Assembly: GCA_027486675.1 (NCBI GenBank)
Contig: JAIXOQ010000017.1
Location: 188,231 to 252,230 of the forward strand
Direction of reading: 5' to 3'
Source of the DNA: Pseudomonadota bacterium
Lineage (GTDB): Bacteria > Bdellovibrionota > UBA1018 > CAIMNF01
DNA: 64,000 nt
A program made the position numbers and the translations under genes. The notes under the pieces were generated by a model that did no database searches, was not told the origin of the DNA, and saw nothing but the letters and a program-made list of their open reading frames with translations. Of this stretch, positions 28,849 to 38,914 are shown in pieces. Position 1 is the first letter of the stretch, and every line of letters starts with the position of its first letter.

Positions 28849-30444
28849 ATGTCCGTCACCAAACGACCGCAAGTCCTTATCATTGGTTCAGGAATCGCCG
28901 GCTTAACCGCCGCGCTCCGGTGCGCACGCTTTGCGAGCGTCACACTATTGGCGAAAGACACACTCCTCGAAAGCAACACTCTTTATGCCCAAGGCGGCAT
29001 CGCATCTGTTTGGTCAGATGCAGATTCATTTGAATCCCACATTGAGGACACCTTGCGCGCCGGCGCAGGACTTTGCAGAGCTGATGCAGTGAATGCGGCA
29101 GTCCGAGATGGACCCACCCATGTCGCGCGCCTGATCGAACTGGGCGCACAGTTTGTACGAGGCTCAGATCATGGAATTGACCTTCACCAAGAGGGGGGCC
29201 ACTCACACCGACGCATTCTTCACGACCACGATGCCTCAGGGCGCGCCATTCAAGCTGCTCTGGTTGAGAATGTTCGCAAAAATCAAAGTATTCGCGTGCT
29301 CGAGCACTCTGCCGCGATCGACCTCATCATGGAGAACAAGCTCCTTCGTAAGGACAAAGATAAAAACTTAGGACAGTGCTTAGGTGCGTATGTTTTGGAC
29401 ACAAAATCAGGTGCAATCCAACCTTTTGCCGCAGATCTAACCGTTCTAGCTACAGGCGGCGCAGGAAAGGTTTACCTTTATACCACCAACCCCGATGTCG
29501 CTACCGGCGACGGGATTGCTATGGCCGCACGCGCTCGGGCACGAATCGCGAATTTAGAATTCATGCAATTTCATCCCACCTGCCTCTTTCATCCCAACGC
29601 CAAGAATTTTCTGATTACAGAAGCGATTCGAGGTGAAGGTGCTGTTTTAAGAAATCTACAGGGCGAGGCTTTTATGAAGGGCCGCCACCCTATGGCAGAT
29701 CTCGCGCCTAGGGACATAGTCGCCCGCGCAATTGATGAAGAATTAAAACGTGTGGATGCCCCACACGTCTGGCTCGATATTTCACCGATTACAGACTTTG
29801 ATGTAAAATTTCCTACGATCTCAAAACGCTGCCGTGAACTGGGTATAGAACCCAAAGATGGGATTCCAGTGATTCCTGCAGCGCACTATTTGTGCGGCGG
29901 GGTGCTCACCGATCTTGTAGGACGGACCTCTATTCCGGGACTTGCTGCTATCGGAGAAGTCGCCTGCACTGGGTTACATGGATCGAATCGCCTTGCAAGC
30001 AACTCTCTTTTAGAGGGCCTCGTCTTTGCGCACCGGCTGGCGGATTGGGCAGAAAACGAAATTGAATACCATCGCACTCGAGTGAAGCCCGCGAACCTTC
30101 CGGTATGGGATATGGGTCGCGCGGTTGATATCGAAGAGCGCATCGACATCAGCGCATCCTGGAGAGAGATCAGAACCTTGATGTGGAACTATGTCGGCAT
30201 CATTAGAAGCGATCGCAGGCTGAAGCGCGCTCAGGAACGATTGCTGCAAATCAGGCACGAGGTGAATGAAGATTACTGGAAATTCAAGGTGAACCGAGAG
30301 CTTTTGGAATTAAGAAATCTTTTAACCGTGGCTGAACTCATTGTAGAGTGCGCCCTCTCACGCAAAGAGAGTCGGGGCCTACACGCGAACGTCGACTACC
30401 CCGAAAGGGATGATCGGAACTTCTTAAAGGATACCGTCATTTGA
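28849..30444 (+). CDS. nadB: L-aspartate oxidase
   Basis: GSGIAG, AQGGIA, EGGHS.RRI, QFHPT, TEA.RGEG, AHY.CGG, GLHGSNRLASNSLLE, ESRG.H. Confidence 0.97.
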   Translation: MSVTKRPQVLIIGSGIAGLTAALRCARFASVTLLAKDTLLESNTLYAQGGIASVWSDADSFESHIEDTLRAGAGLCRADAVNAAVRDGPTHVARLIELGAQFVRGSDHGIDLHQEGGHSHRRILHDHDASGRAIQAALVENVRKNQSIRVLEHSAAIDLIMENKLLRKDKDKNLGQCLGAYVLDTKSGAIQPFAADLTVLATGGAGKVYLYTTNPDVATGDGIAMAARARARIANLEFMQFHPTCLFHPNAKNFLITEAIRGEGAVLRNLQGEAFMKGRHPMADLAPRDIVARAIDEELKRVDAPHVWLDISPITDFDVKFPTISKRCRELGIEPKDGIPVIPAAHYLCGGVLTDLVGRTSIPGLAAIGEVACTGLHGSNRLASNSLLEGLVFAHRLADWAENEIEYHRTRVKPANLPVWDMGRAVDIEERIDISASWREIRTLMWNYVGIIRSDRRLKRAQERLLQIRHEVNEDYWKFKVNRELLELRNLLTVAELIVECALSRKESRGLHANVDYPERDDRNFLKDTVI

Positions 30445-30478
30445 CATTTTAAGCATTTTTGGTGGATACCATTCGAAT

Positions 30479-31009
30479 ATGATCCTTGCATTTGCGATGA
30501 CCCTAAGCGCCCACGCCCTCACCCCAAAACTACTTTCAGAGCCCGCCAATTACCAAAGTGGCGTGAAACAAACCTCAATCAAACAGGTCACTGTAACTGC
30601 ACCTGCGGGCCAGGTTTTTGTATTTGCTCGCAAGGAAAAAGAGGTACTCGTGGAGTGTGAATTTGACCCTGAATACCAACCAAAAATTTCAAAAACGACC
30701 CACACCGTAACAGTGACCATCGCCCCTAAGACCTACGAAACGCTGCGTTGCGCGATTGGATACCCGGCCGACTCCGAGCTCAAGTTATCGTTAGAGTCAG
30801 GTCAAATTGAAATGAGCGGAGTGAAATCAGCCGCTGATATCTCGCTTAAGTCAGGGACAGTTCGAATTAAAAACACAGTCTGGCCAGAAGTCAGATACGA
30901 AGCAAACCTCACAAACGGTTCCAGCACCCCAGTCTTAGACGCCTCAAAAGATCCAAAGGCTCCACTCATCCGCGTGAAAGTGGAGAGTGGGATGATTCAA
31001 GCTCTTTAA
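30479..31009 (+). CDS. Hypothetical secreted beta-repeat protein (DUF4097-like)
   Basis: Signal ending AHA; repeated 'ESGQI', 'KSGTV', 'TNGS', 'ESGMI' units. Confidence 0.6.
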   Translation: MILAFAMTLSAHALTPKLLSEPANYQSGVKQTSIKQVTVTAPAGQVFVFARKEKEVLVECEFDPEYQPKISKTTHTVTVTIAPKTYETLRCAIGYPADSELKLSLESGQIEMSGVKSAADISLKSGTVRIKNTVWPEVRYEANLTNGSSTPVLDASKDPKAPLIRVKVESGMIQAL

Positions 31010-31149
31010 GGCTGTGTTGGAATTCCGTTTTGTAGGTCCTGAGATGCCTTTTGCATCTTAAAATAGCTATTTAAAGTAAACATACAAAGCACTGCGACGA
31101 TCAGGAACGCACCCACTCCAATGACTACTGCTTTCTTCTGTAACGCCAT
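31006..31149 (-). CDS. Small 47-aa single-pass membrane protein (not in ORF track)
   Basis: MALQKKAVVIGVGAFLIVAVLCMFTLNSYFKMQKASQDLQNGIPTQP; SD AAGGAG 6 nt before ATG; starts 3 nt after the gpx stop; stop overlaps the convergent gene (TTAA). Confidence 0.7.
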   Translation of the reverse strand: MALQKKAVVIGVGAFLIVAVLCMFTLNSYFKMQKASQDLQNGIPTQP

Positions 31150-31152
31150 GAA

Positions 31153-31647
31153 TCACTCCTTCTTACTACCAAGCACAGCCTCAATATCAGAGGTCATGGA
31201 CTCAGGCTTGTCCTGTGGTGCATAGCGCTTCACAACTCTTCCTGAAGGATCGACCAAAAACTTCGTAAAGTTCCACTTGATCCCCTCAGTGCCAAGAATT
31301 CCTGGAGCCGCACTTTTTAAAGCTGAAAACAACGGGTGAGCATTCTCACCATTGACATCCACTTTCGCAAACATTGGAAAAGTGACTTCATAGGTTAAAG
31401 AACAAAAGTTTTTGATTTCTGCTTCGTCCCCAGGTTCCTGCGCTCCGAACTGGTTGCAGGGAAAGCCAAGAACGAGAAACCCTCGATCTTTGTAGGACTG
31501 ATAAAGAGTTTCTAAGCCCGAGTACTGCGATGTAAAACCGCACTTGCTTGCGACGTTCACGATGAGAAGCGGGTGCCCTTTATACTCGGATAGCTTGAGC
31601 GCTTTACCTTCGATCGTTTTTACTTCTATTCCATACAGATCGGTCAT
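31153..31647 (-). CDS. gpx: Glutathione peroxidase family protein (Cys type)
   Basis: 'VNVASKCGFT', 'LGFPCNQF', 'WNFTKFL'; ATGA-coupled to dedA. Confidence 0.95.
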   Translation of the reverse strand: MTDLYGIEVKTIEGKALKLSEYKGHPLLIVNVASKCGFTSQYSGLETLYQSYKDRGFLVLGFPCNQFGAQEPGDEAEIKNFCSLTYEVTFPMFAKVDVNGENAHPLFSALKSAAPGILGTEGIKWNFTKFLVDPSGRVVKRYAPQDKPESMTSDIEAVLGSKKE

Positions 31648-32306
31648 AACAATTTTTTCCCTTTTCGATTCTGATTCCAAACCTTCAGTGCCGATGCAAA
31701 GACTGGAAGCAACGACACAAACACAACGACAACAATGAGCTTATCCAAACGATTTGCAAGTTGAGTCTGCCCAAGCAGATTGCCGGCCCAGGTCAGGCCT
31801 ACGATCCAAATCAACCCACCTAGAACACTCCATGCAAAATAGCGACGGTAGGACATCCGAGCAACACCTGCCGCAAACGGAACAAAAGTGCGAAAAATTG
31901 GGATAAACCTACACCCAACAATCGCTTTAGGGCCATTTCGTTCATAGAACGCATGGGCCGCAGTTAGGTGTTTCTTCTTAAAAAAGCGCCCGTCGGGTCG
32001 ATCAAAAATGGCATGTCCCGCCCGAAAGCCAAGAAAGTAGCCAACATTGTCACCGCAGATTGCAGCAAGGACCAAAACGACTTGAACCAGCAAAAGATCA
32101 AACCCCGGCAGATGCAAAGGATGCAGTTCTTGGGTCAACACACCGACCGTGATCAGAAGGCTATCGCCTGGCAGGAAAAAACCCGCGAGCAAACCCGTTT
32201 CAGCAAAGATGATGAATGCAGCTAGACCTAAGCCGCCACTTGCAAGCATCTGCATCAAGGCTTCGGAATTGTGTAGGGACTGAACCCAGTGAAGAATTTC
32301 GGTCAT
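31644..32306 (-). CDS. dedA: DedA/VTT domain membrane protein
   Basis: 'IFAETGL..GFFLPGDSLL', 'GDNVGY', 'RFIPIFRTF'. Confidence 0.93.
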   Translation of the reverse strand: MTEILHWVQSLHNSEALMQMLASGGLGLAAFIIFAETGLLAGFFLPGDSLLITVGVLTQELHPLHLPGFDLLLVQVVLVLAAICGDNVGYFLGFRAGHAIFDRPDGRFFKKKHLTAAHAFYERNGPKAIVGCRFIPIFRTFVPFAAGVARMSYRRYFAWSVLGGLIWIVGLTWAGNLLGQTQLANRLDKLIVVVVFVSLLPVFASALKVWNQNRKGKKLL

Positions 32307-32321
32307 GGTAGACCACGGAGT

Positions 32322-33569
32322 CTACCACTGACGGCTTAAGCGGGCATCGGGGTAGTAGTGGGAAAGAATCTGATCTCGTTTGTAGCCGCGCTCACCCATG
32401 GCTTTGGCGCCCCATTGGCACAAGCCCACTCCATGGCCGTAGCCCCTGCCCCTAAAGACGGCACTGACGCCCTCCATTGAGACCTGAAACTGAGTGCTCT
32501 TCATCAGAACCGGACTGACCCAGTTTCTAAATCGGTAGGCGTTTACACTTGCTGTTCTTGCGGGCCGACCTTCTGTCCGGGAGATGAACTTGAGCTCCAC
32601 TTCTTGCTCCTTGGTTTGAGTAGCGAGCGCTAGTTTTGGCTGCACAGCAGTCAGCAGCCATGCGGCTGGATTCAAGTGAAACCAACTGGGTAAAGCTGAT
32701 TTTGCATCCGGATCCGATTTAAGAGCTCGTTCAATTTTTGTCTGCATGTCGAGGTTAGAAACTCGGAGTGACCATTCAGAGACCGGACTACGCGCACAAA
32801 ATGAGCAAGGCACGCCCCTTCGAAATCCAGCCACTTTTGCGCCCCAAACTTGTTCGGGCACGACCGTCGACCCACCGCAGGTTGAATGATAAAAAGCCTT
32901 TATTGGACCCCTTCCCTTCTTATCTGAAAGAATCATCCCCCGGGTCGCACGAACCAACTCGCGCCCTAAGGCGTCCACTCGGTCTAACCCTGCATACACC
33001 TGATCTTTTTCAGAGGATTCAACGTCATAGAGCTTTTTTAAATCACGTCTAGCTTCAAGCATCTGGTACCAAGCATATGTCCGAGACGCGATGACTTGCG
33101 CCTCAACCGCTTCCTTTGCCCACTTTGAATTGAACTCTGAGTTTACGACTGACTCTAAATAAAGCTCAATCGGAAGATGGTTCACTACGATGCAGGCTGA
33201 ATCGACTGGATACACCCTGATTTCCTCCGGGTAACGTTTCCCATTCAGATTTAAAATTCCATCTGCACTGGAAATGACGACCCCACCGCGAGGTATTCTG
33301 CGAACACCATTTGCATCGGAACGGCCGAGCGTTTGATCACGACAGTCGATCCACCATTCAGAAGCGGGCACCGACACACCCCGGTCGGGACGAGCTGCAA
33401 GACCCACTACGAGCCTATCCCCAGTGATTCGGAAAAACTGCCCCTCAGGATTCACTCGAACACGAACCCTAGGTGCAGAATCATCGTCACGGAGTGAACG
33501 CAAGACAGTGGCAGGCCTCTCGACCGAAGCCAGACTGGTCAGGGATAAAAGAAGGAAGAAAGCGTTCAC
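32322..33569 (-). CDS. SpoIID/LytB domain protein (putative lytic transglycosylase)
   Basis: 'YLESVVNSE', 'AQVIASRTY', 'QVY.G', 'FYHSTCGG', 'GYGHGVGLCQWGA', 'ILSHYYP'; SD GGAGG. Confidence 0.93.
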   Translation of the reverse strand: MNAFFLLLSLTSLASVERPATVLRSLRDDDSAPRVRVRVNPEGQFFRITGDRLVVGLAARPDRGVSVPASEWWIDCRDQTLGRSDANGVRRIPRGGVVISSADGILNLNGKRYPEEIRVYPVDSACIVVNHLPIELYLESVVNSEFNSKWAKEAVEAQVIASRTYAWYQMLEARRDLKKLYDVESSEKDQVYAGLDRVDALGRELVRATRGMILSDKKGRGPIKAFYHSTCGGSTVVPEQVWGAKVAGFRRGVPCSFCARSPVSEWSLRVSNLDMQTKIERALKSDPDAKSALPSWFHLNPAAWLLTAVQPKLALATQTKEQEVELKFISRTEGRPARTASVNAYRFRNWVSPVLMKSTQFQVSMEGVSAVFRGRGYGHGVGLCQWGAKAMGERGYKRDQILSHYYPDARLSRQW

Positions 33570-33625
33570 CCTCCTATTGTCAGGACTTGGAACTCAATCC
33601 ACCAACCGTGGAAAATTGACGCTTT

Positions 33626-34603
33626 CTACCAGTTCAAGAGGTAGGCAAAGACCAGAGGCGCCACTATGGTCGCGTCGGACTCAATAATGTACTTGGGAGT
33701 ATCTACGGCGAGTTTGCCCCAGGTGATTTTCTCGTTCGGCACGGCACCCGAATAAGAGCCATAACTGGTTGTGGAATCGCTGATCTGGCAGAAGTAGCCC
33801 CATAGGCGAACCTTCTGTCCCAAATCCTTGTCGATCATAGGAACGACGCAGATTGGAAAGTCCCCTGCGATCCCGCCCCCAATTTGGAAGAAGCCGATGG
33901 AAGCCGACTTGGAAGTCTCTTGATACCACTGGGCGAGTTCGGTCATGTACTCGATCCCACTGCGGACCGTGTGAACGTTCTTCACGCGACCGGTGATGAC
34001 ATATGAGGTGTACATATTGCCGAGCGTGGAATCTTCCCAGCCTGGAACAAAGATCGGAATATTCTTTTCACATGCGGCAAGCAGCCAACTGTCTTTGATG
34101 TCGATCTCTGCTACTTTCTGAAACCTTTCTTGGCGTAACGCTTGATAGAAGTACTCGTGAGGAAAATATCTTTTTCCCTCTTTCTCAGCCGCAAGCCAAA
34201 GATCTTCCATCACCCGCCAAATGCGCTTCATCGCTTCTTCTTCAGGGATGCAAGTGTCCGTCACTCGATTTAATCCGCGTGCAAGCAACGCCCCTTCTTG
34301 TTCCGCTGTCAGATCACGGTAATTGGGAATGCGCTCGTAGTGGCTATGGGCCACCATGTTGTAGATGTCTTCTTCTAGGTTCGCACCTGTGCAGCTAATT
34401 CCATGCACCTTGCCTTGGCGGATCATTTCAGCCAATGAAAGCCCGAGCTCTGCGGTGCTCATGGCACCAGCCAAAGTGACGAACATCTTGCCGCCTGAGT
34501 CCAAGTGACGTTGATAACCCGCAGCGGCGTCAACTAAAGCAGCTGCATTGAAGTGGCGATAATGGTGGCGGATGAACTTTGAAACAGGACCTAAGGTTTG
34601 CAT
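33626..34603 (-). CDS. Deoxyhypusine synthase family protein (probable homospermidine synthase-like)
   Basis: 'RHFNAA', 'LAGAMST', 'CTGANLEED', 'IGGG', 'SYSGAVPNEKITWGK', 'SDATIV'. Confidence 0.92.
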   Translation of the reverse strand: MQTLGPVSKFIRHHYRHFNAAALVDAAAGYQRHLDSGGKMFVTLAGAMSTAELGLSLAEMIRQGKVHGISCTGANLEEDIYNMVAHSHYERIPNYRDLTAEQEGALLARGLNRVTDTCIPEEEAMKRIWRVMEDLWLAAEKEGKRYFPHEYFYQALRQERFQKVAEIDIKDSWLLAACEKNIPIFVPGWEDSTLGNMYTSYVITGRVKNVHTVRSGIEYMTELAQWYQETSKSASIGFFQIGGGIAGDFPICVVPMIDKDLGQKVRLWGYFCQISDSTTSYGSYSGAVPNEKITWGKLAVDTPKYIIESDATIVAPLVFAYLLNW

Positions 34604-34709
34604 ATGCGACACATATTGCGTGAATGCGGTGCCAGTTTGCAAGGGGAAGCCACATTCGTCCCATTGGCTCATTGATAAGATTTGATAATATTATCTATCT
34701 CGTAGCATA

Positions 34710-35921
34710 TTGGGCCTCGTGTCCTGGCTTCTGTTGGTATCCCTCATTTCTTTAGGACGAAGCTTCGAGCCAATTCCACTTCCCAACCTGGCTCCTTGTG
34801 AGTCATTAGTGACTCCTGAGGCACTCCGAAACTACGCCTCCCAGACATCGGATATCGAAAGATTTATTCTCTACTCCCAGCAGACAAGCGTTCGCTCTAA
34901 ACTTTTTCGAAGGGTGCAGAGTCTTCATATCGAAGCAGTGATTCTTCGCTCCTTCCTCAGAACTGAGTTCATTCTCAAGGACATGGAAGATCTGCGGGGA
35001 GAGATAGAGAATGGAACAATATCACCGGGAAATGCGTTTCAAAGTGTCCATGATCTCCAGTCTCGCCTCAATATTTTAGCGATCGATTTCGCGCGGTTCT
35101 CAAAAGCATTGCAACCTAATCCCGCATCAGGAGATGCATTCGAAGAGTCCACAGAACGACTCAAAAACATCGTGCAGATCCAAATCCATCCCGAAATTAA
35201 AGTTCTAAAAGCCCAAGTTGAATTCCCTGCATTTGCCGGTGATTGGAAGATTAAAAAATCATACGCCAAAATGGTGCGCTGGATGATGGAACAATCTCAC
35301 CAACCTTCGGATGCTTTTATCACTCGCGCGGGCAGCGAGAATACGATATCCATTCACGATTCAAGAACCGTCCAAAGAGTAGCGGCACAAATTCTGATAC
35401 AGGAGTCGGCACTGATTCCTACATCCAACATTCTTGAAATTGGTTACGGCAGTATTCCGATTCTCAGTTATCTCCATCAGAAGATCGCACCTGAAGGTGC
35501 CACCTTCGGAGTGGACCTACACACTGTCCCAGAGGACTTTGCGGCGCCAAACAGTCCAGTCCGACTATTTGAATCGAAAACACCTACAGCACCGACACTG
35601 ACGAAGGAACTTAAGATCAAAGGCCGGTTTCAATTGATCTACGGGGTTGATGTCTTTAAGGATTACTCGAAATTTGGCGTCCCGCTTCAAATTGCCAACA
35701 AAACTAAATACCTCAGATGGATCCGGTCACTCCTCTCGGATGAGGGATACTTTGTGATCATCAATGATGACTTCAGAAGACCTCATGTTTTTTCAGATGA
35801 GCAACTTGAAGCAGCAGGGCTTACGACATTAAAGACGCAATCCGTTCGTTACAAGAACCAACGACAACTCACCTATTGGGTGATTGGGTCTAAGGTTTCT
35901 CCCGAGGCAAGAAAGCCTTAA
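34710..35921 (+). CDS. Secreted hypothetical protein with C-terminal class I SAM-methyltransferase-like domain
   Basis: Signal-like N-terminus; 'ILEIGYG', 'FGVDL', 'FQLIY', '[10 protein letters not shown]'. Confidence 0.55.
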   Translation: MGLVSWLLLVSLISLGRSFEPIPLPNLAPCESLVTPEALRNYASQTSDIERFILYSQQTSVRSKLFRRVQSLHIEAVILRSFLRTEFILKDMEDLRGEIENGTISPGNAFQSVHDLQSRLNILAIDFARFSKALQPNPASGDAFEESTERLKNIVQIQIHPEIKVLKAQVEFPAFAGDWKIKKSYAKMVRWMMEQSHQPSDAFITRAGSENTISIHDSRTVQRVAAQILIQESALIPTSNILEIGYGSIPILSYLHQKIAPEGATFGVDLHTVPEDFAAPNSPVRLFESKTPTAPTLTKELKIKGRFQLIYGVDVFKDYSKFGVPLQIANKTKYLRWIRSLLSDEGYFVIINDDFRRPHVFSDEQLEAAGLTTLKTQSVRYKNQRQLTYWVIGSKVSPEARKP

Positions 35922-36630
35922 AGAGCTCAATCGGAAACGGGACGATCGTGGTCGTAGCACGTTCCGAGGCAATTTCACGAATCGTTTGCAAGTACCTAAG
36001 CTGAAGCGACATGGGTTCCCGGTCCATATTCTTTGCAGCTTCAGCAAGCTTAAACGAAGCCTCAAGCTCCCCTTCCGCGGAAATCACTTTCGCGCGCCGC
36101 TCACGCTCGGCCTCAGCTTGTTTTGCCATCGATCTCTGCATGTCAGGCGGCAAATCGACCTGCTTCACCTCGACATGACTCACCTTCACTCCCCACGGCA
36201 GAGTGTGAGTATCTAAGATGGCTTGAATTCGCTGATTGATGGCATCCCGAGAGGAAAGCAAAGCATCGAGATCCGACTGGCCGACTACGGATCTGAGCGT
36301 GGTCTGCGCAAGTTTCGATGTTGCCATCAAGTAATTCTCAACCTCCATTACCGCTTTGATGGGATCGATCGCACGCACATAAACCACTGCGTTTACCTTT
36401 ATAGTCACATTGTCCCTAGAAATAATGTCCTGAGATGGGACGTCTAGGGTGATCGTCCTTAAATCGACACGCACTAGTGAATCAAGGACTGGAACGACAA
36501 TCACCATCCCTGGGCCGCGTGCAGCCGACAGACGACCTAATCTAAAGTGCACACCGCGTTCATATTCTTTGAGAACCTTGATCGAACTGAACACCAATAC
36601 AAGCACGGCAACAAGAAGCAAAAAACTCAT
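35890..36630 (-). CDS. SPFH/slipin (stomatin-like) protein
   Basis: 'EYERGV.FRLG', '[10 protein letters not shown]', 'AQTTLRSV', '[11 protein letters not shown]', 'LQLRYLQT'. Confidence 0.95.
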   Translation of the reverse strand: MSFLLLVAVLVLVFSSIKVLKEYERGVHFRLGRLSAARGPGMVIVVPVLDSLVRVDLRTITLDVPSQDIISRDNVTIKVNAVVYVRAIDPIKAVMEVENYLMATSKLAQTTLRSVVGQSDLDALLSSRDAINQRIQAILDTHTLPWGVKVSHVEVKQVDLPPDMQRSMAKQAEAERERRAKVISAEGELEASFKLAEAAKNMDREPMSLQLRYLQTIREIASERATTTIVPFPIELFKAFLPREKP

Positions 36631-37358
36631 GATAACTCTCTCTTTTCTAATCCCAAAATTCCCATCGCTAACTGCAAATCTTTCCATGCCTCCTTCTTTG
36701 CCGGCGGATTACGCAGCAAATAGGCTGGATGAAAGGTTGCGATCAACTTCATCTGAACACCGTGCATTTCATACTCGTGAATCTGAGTCCTCAGATCTGA
36801 AATCGGCAGATCGGTACGGAGCAAGGCTTGAGCCGCAGATTTTCCCAGTGCCACTACAACTTTAGGACGCACAATCTTTATCTGACGCTCTAAAAATGAT
36901 ATGCAGGTTGCGACTTCTTCGACCTCAGGGGCGCGGTTTTCCGGAGGCCGACACTTCACGATGTTGGCGATAAAAACACCCGGGCGTGTCAGTCCCATCG
37001 CCTCGATCATTTTATTGAGCAATTGACCTGACCGACCTACAAATGGTTTTCCTGTGAGGTCTTCTTGCTCCCCTGGGCCTTCACCCACAAAAAAGATAGG
37101 CGACTTAGGATCACCATCGGAAAGCACAATCTGGGCACGACCACTGGAGAGCTTGCACCGAGTACAATCGTGCAGATCAGACGCAATCTGGCTCAGAGTG
37201 TCCTTTCCTGGAAAAGGTAGGCTTACGGGGATATCGGTTATTTTTACTCTCTGGGTTCGGGTGGATCGCTTACGCTTCATCACCATCGATCCCTCAGGCA
37301 ACCAGGCTTCAAGATTCTTCACGAAGCCAATGATCGCCGCCTTGCCTGCACGGCGCAA
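36627..37358 (-). CDS. udg: Uracil-DNA glycosylase family 4 (Fe-S); start probably GTG 37322 or later
   Basis: 'CTRCKL', 'GEGPG', 'PFVGRSG', 'KCRPPENR', 'HPAYLLR'. Confidence 0.95.
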   Translation of the reverse strand: MRRAGKAAIIGFVKNLEAWLPEGSMVMKRKRSTRTQRVKITDIPVSLPFPGKDTLSQIASDLHDCTRCKLSSGRAQIVLSDGDPKSPIFFVGEGPGEQEDLTGKPFVGRSGQLLNKMIEAMGLTRPGVFIANIVKCRPPENRAPEVEEVATCISFLERQIKIVRPKVVVALGKSAAQALLRTDLPISDLRTQIHEYEMHGVQMKLIATFHPAYLLRNPPAKKEAWKDLQLAMGILGLEKRELS

Positions 37359-37604
37359 CTACTGAAGACGATGCATGAGCTTACGCGCTTCAATGCCGCA
37401 CTCCGGGCAAGAAGCCTTCTCGTGAGTCGTGTTCAATGAGAAATCGGTGTAGTAATTAAAATGCAATCGAGCGCCACACTCGGCGCAATGCGAGTAATTC
37501 TGAACGAGTCGCTCAAGCGACCCTAAACGTGCTCTCTGTCTTCCCATTGGTTCGCCTTCCATGATCACGTTCCCCCTGAAGATCTCTTCGGAGTTCGTGC
37601 TCAC
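37359..37604 (-). CDS. Small zinc-ribbon protein
   Basis: Two CxxCG motifs (CAECG, CPECG); fills the gap between trhO and udg. Confidence 0.7.
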   Translation of the reverse strand: MSTNSEEIFRGNVIMEGEPMGRQRARLGSLERLVQNYSHCAECGARLHFNYYTDFSLNTTHEKASCPECGIEARKLMHRLQ

Positions 37605-37626
37605 GTATTCAATGGAACTTCTTTGC

Positions 37627-38334
37627 CTAAGCGGTCTTCATAGTACTCAGCGTTTCCCGATCGTCAAAAACAAAGCAGGCGCCTTCATAGTGGTCGTTGC
37701 CCACATTCTCGAGGTACCGGAGAATGCCACCCTCAAGCTGATAGACGTCCTTGAGGCCCAATTTTAAAGCCAAAGCGGATGCTTTTTCACAGCGAATTCC
37801 ACCTGTGCAAAACATGACAACTTTCTTATCTTGAAGGTCCTTGACCCTGGCACGAAGCTGTTCAGGAAAATCTCTAAAACGCTCTAATTTGAAATCGATA
37901 GCCCCCCGGAAGGTACCCTTTTCAATCTCATAGTCGTTGCGGGTGTCGAGCAACACAACGTCCTGCTCTGTATCAAGCCATTCCTTGAGTTCTTTCGGAC
38001 TCAGCCTTGCGCCGATCACTGCGTCGGGAGAAAGAGGCTCGCCAAAAGCGATCGTCTCTTTTTTTCGACGCACCTTGGTGCTCCAAAATGGAATTTTTTC
38101 GGAGTAAGAAATCTTCCAATCCACATTGTGAAATTCTGGCCAGTCGGACAGCTCCTGAGAGAAAGCCCGCCAGTTCTCTGGGGTAGCGCAAAAATTGGCA
38201 TTCCATCCTTCAGGGGCAATAATGAGGGTTCCGAAGATGTTGTGTTTATTGAGCAAAGCTTTCGCGCGTGCCTGCAATGCGCTTAGCTCTTGAAGCGGCA
38301 TAAACCGGTAAGACGCGGTATTTATGAACTGCAT
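37627..38334 (-). CDS. trhO: Rhodanese-related tRNA uridine(34) hydroxylase TrhO family
   Basis: 'EGWN', 'DTRNDYE..G.F', 'FCTGGIRCEK', 'LEGGIL.Y', 'CFVFDDR'. Confidence 0.9.
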   Translation of the reverse strand: MQFINTASYRFMPLQELSALQARAKALLNKHNIFGTLIIAPEGWNANFCATPENWRAFSQELSDWPEFHNVDWKISYSEKIPFWSTKVRRKKETIAFGEPLSPDAVIGARLSPKELKEWLDTEQDVVLLDTRNDYEIEKGTFRGAIDFKLERFRDFPEQLRARVKDLQDKKVVMFCTGGIRCEKASALALKLGLKDVYQLEGGILRYLENVGNDHYEGACFVFDDRETLSTMKTA

Positions 38335-38819
38335 TATTCGGCAGAATTTACCAGAATCGAAGCGGGAACGCGACCACCGAGCAGGCCGCCCTTCACTTCC
38401 AAATCTGCATCGGGTTGGAGCGCTACCATCTCAAATGCAAATCGATGCAACGACGCGGCTGCGAGCTGTAAGTCTTCGATCCTTTCGCAGCTCCCTCGAT
38501 AAAGTTGAATGCGATATGCCCCAGCCGGTGCGTGGATCGAAAAATGGCCCTCTGCATCGGTCTGTGTCTCAATATTCAGTCGCCTGTCTCCAGCTGTGCT
38601 GCTGAGCACCACACGACTCGTCGTCCCCAAACATTCTGTGGGCGCCGAAACATACCCCTCCAGAGTTGCTTCCGAATGATCAGAAACTGAATCCATTGCC
38701 ATCTCGGTGTCTTTTGAGCGTTCCAGGAGCTTCAGGCGCAAAATTGGGCCCGAGCATGCAAATGCCAGCACCAAGGTTCCAGAAACCGCACTCAGGATCT
38801 TAAGACGTTTAGAGGCCAT
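38334..38819 (-). CDS. Exported protein with carboxypeptidase-regulatory-like (beta-sandwich) domain
   Basis: Lipobox-like AFA-C; 'LEGYV', 'TQTDAEGHFSI..PAG.Y'. Confidence 0.65.
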   Translation of the reverse strand: MASKRLKILSAVSGTLVLAFACSGPILRLKLLERSKDTEMAMDSVSDHSEATLEGYVSAPTECLGTTSRVVLSSTAGDRRLNIETQTDAEGHFSIHAPAGAYRIQLYRGSCERIEDLQLAAASLHRFAFEMVALQPDADLEVKGGLLGGRVPASILVNSAE

Positions 38820-38838
38820 GCCAACTTTCTCAACGTCC

Positions 38839-38865
38839 TATTCGGCGGAAAAACAAAAGTTCTGA
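38839..38865 (-). promoter_or_regulatory. Putative sigma28-type promoter
   Basis: Minus strand TCAG-N15-GCCGAATA, 19 nt upstream of ATG 38819. Confidence 0.5.
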
Positions 38866-38914
38866 AGTAAAAGCGGATAGCTCAACTTAGGGTTTTGGGT
38901 GTAAATTTTGGCGC

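Noticed and set aside
31530..31560. Selenocysteine in the glutathione peroxidase
   Set aside because: The active-site codon is TGC (Cys); no in-frame TGA.
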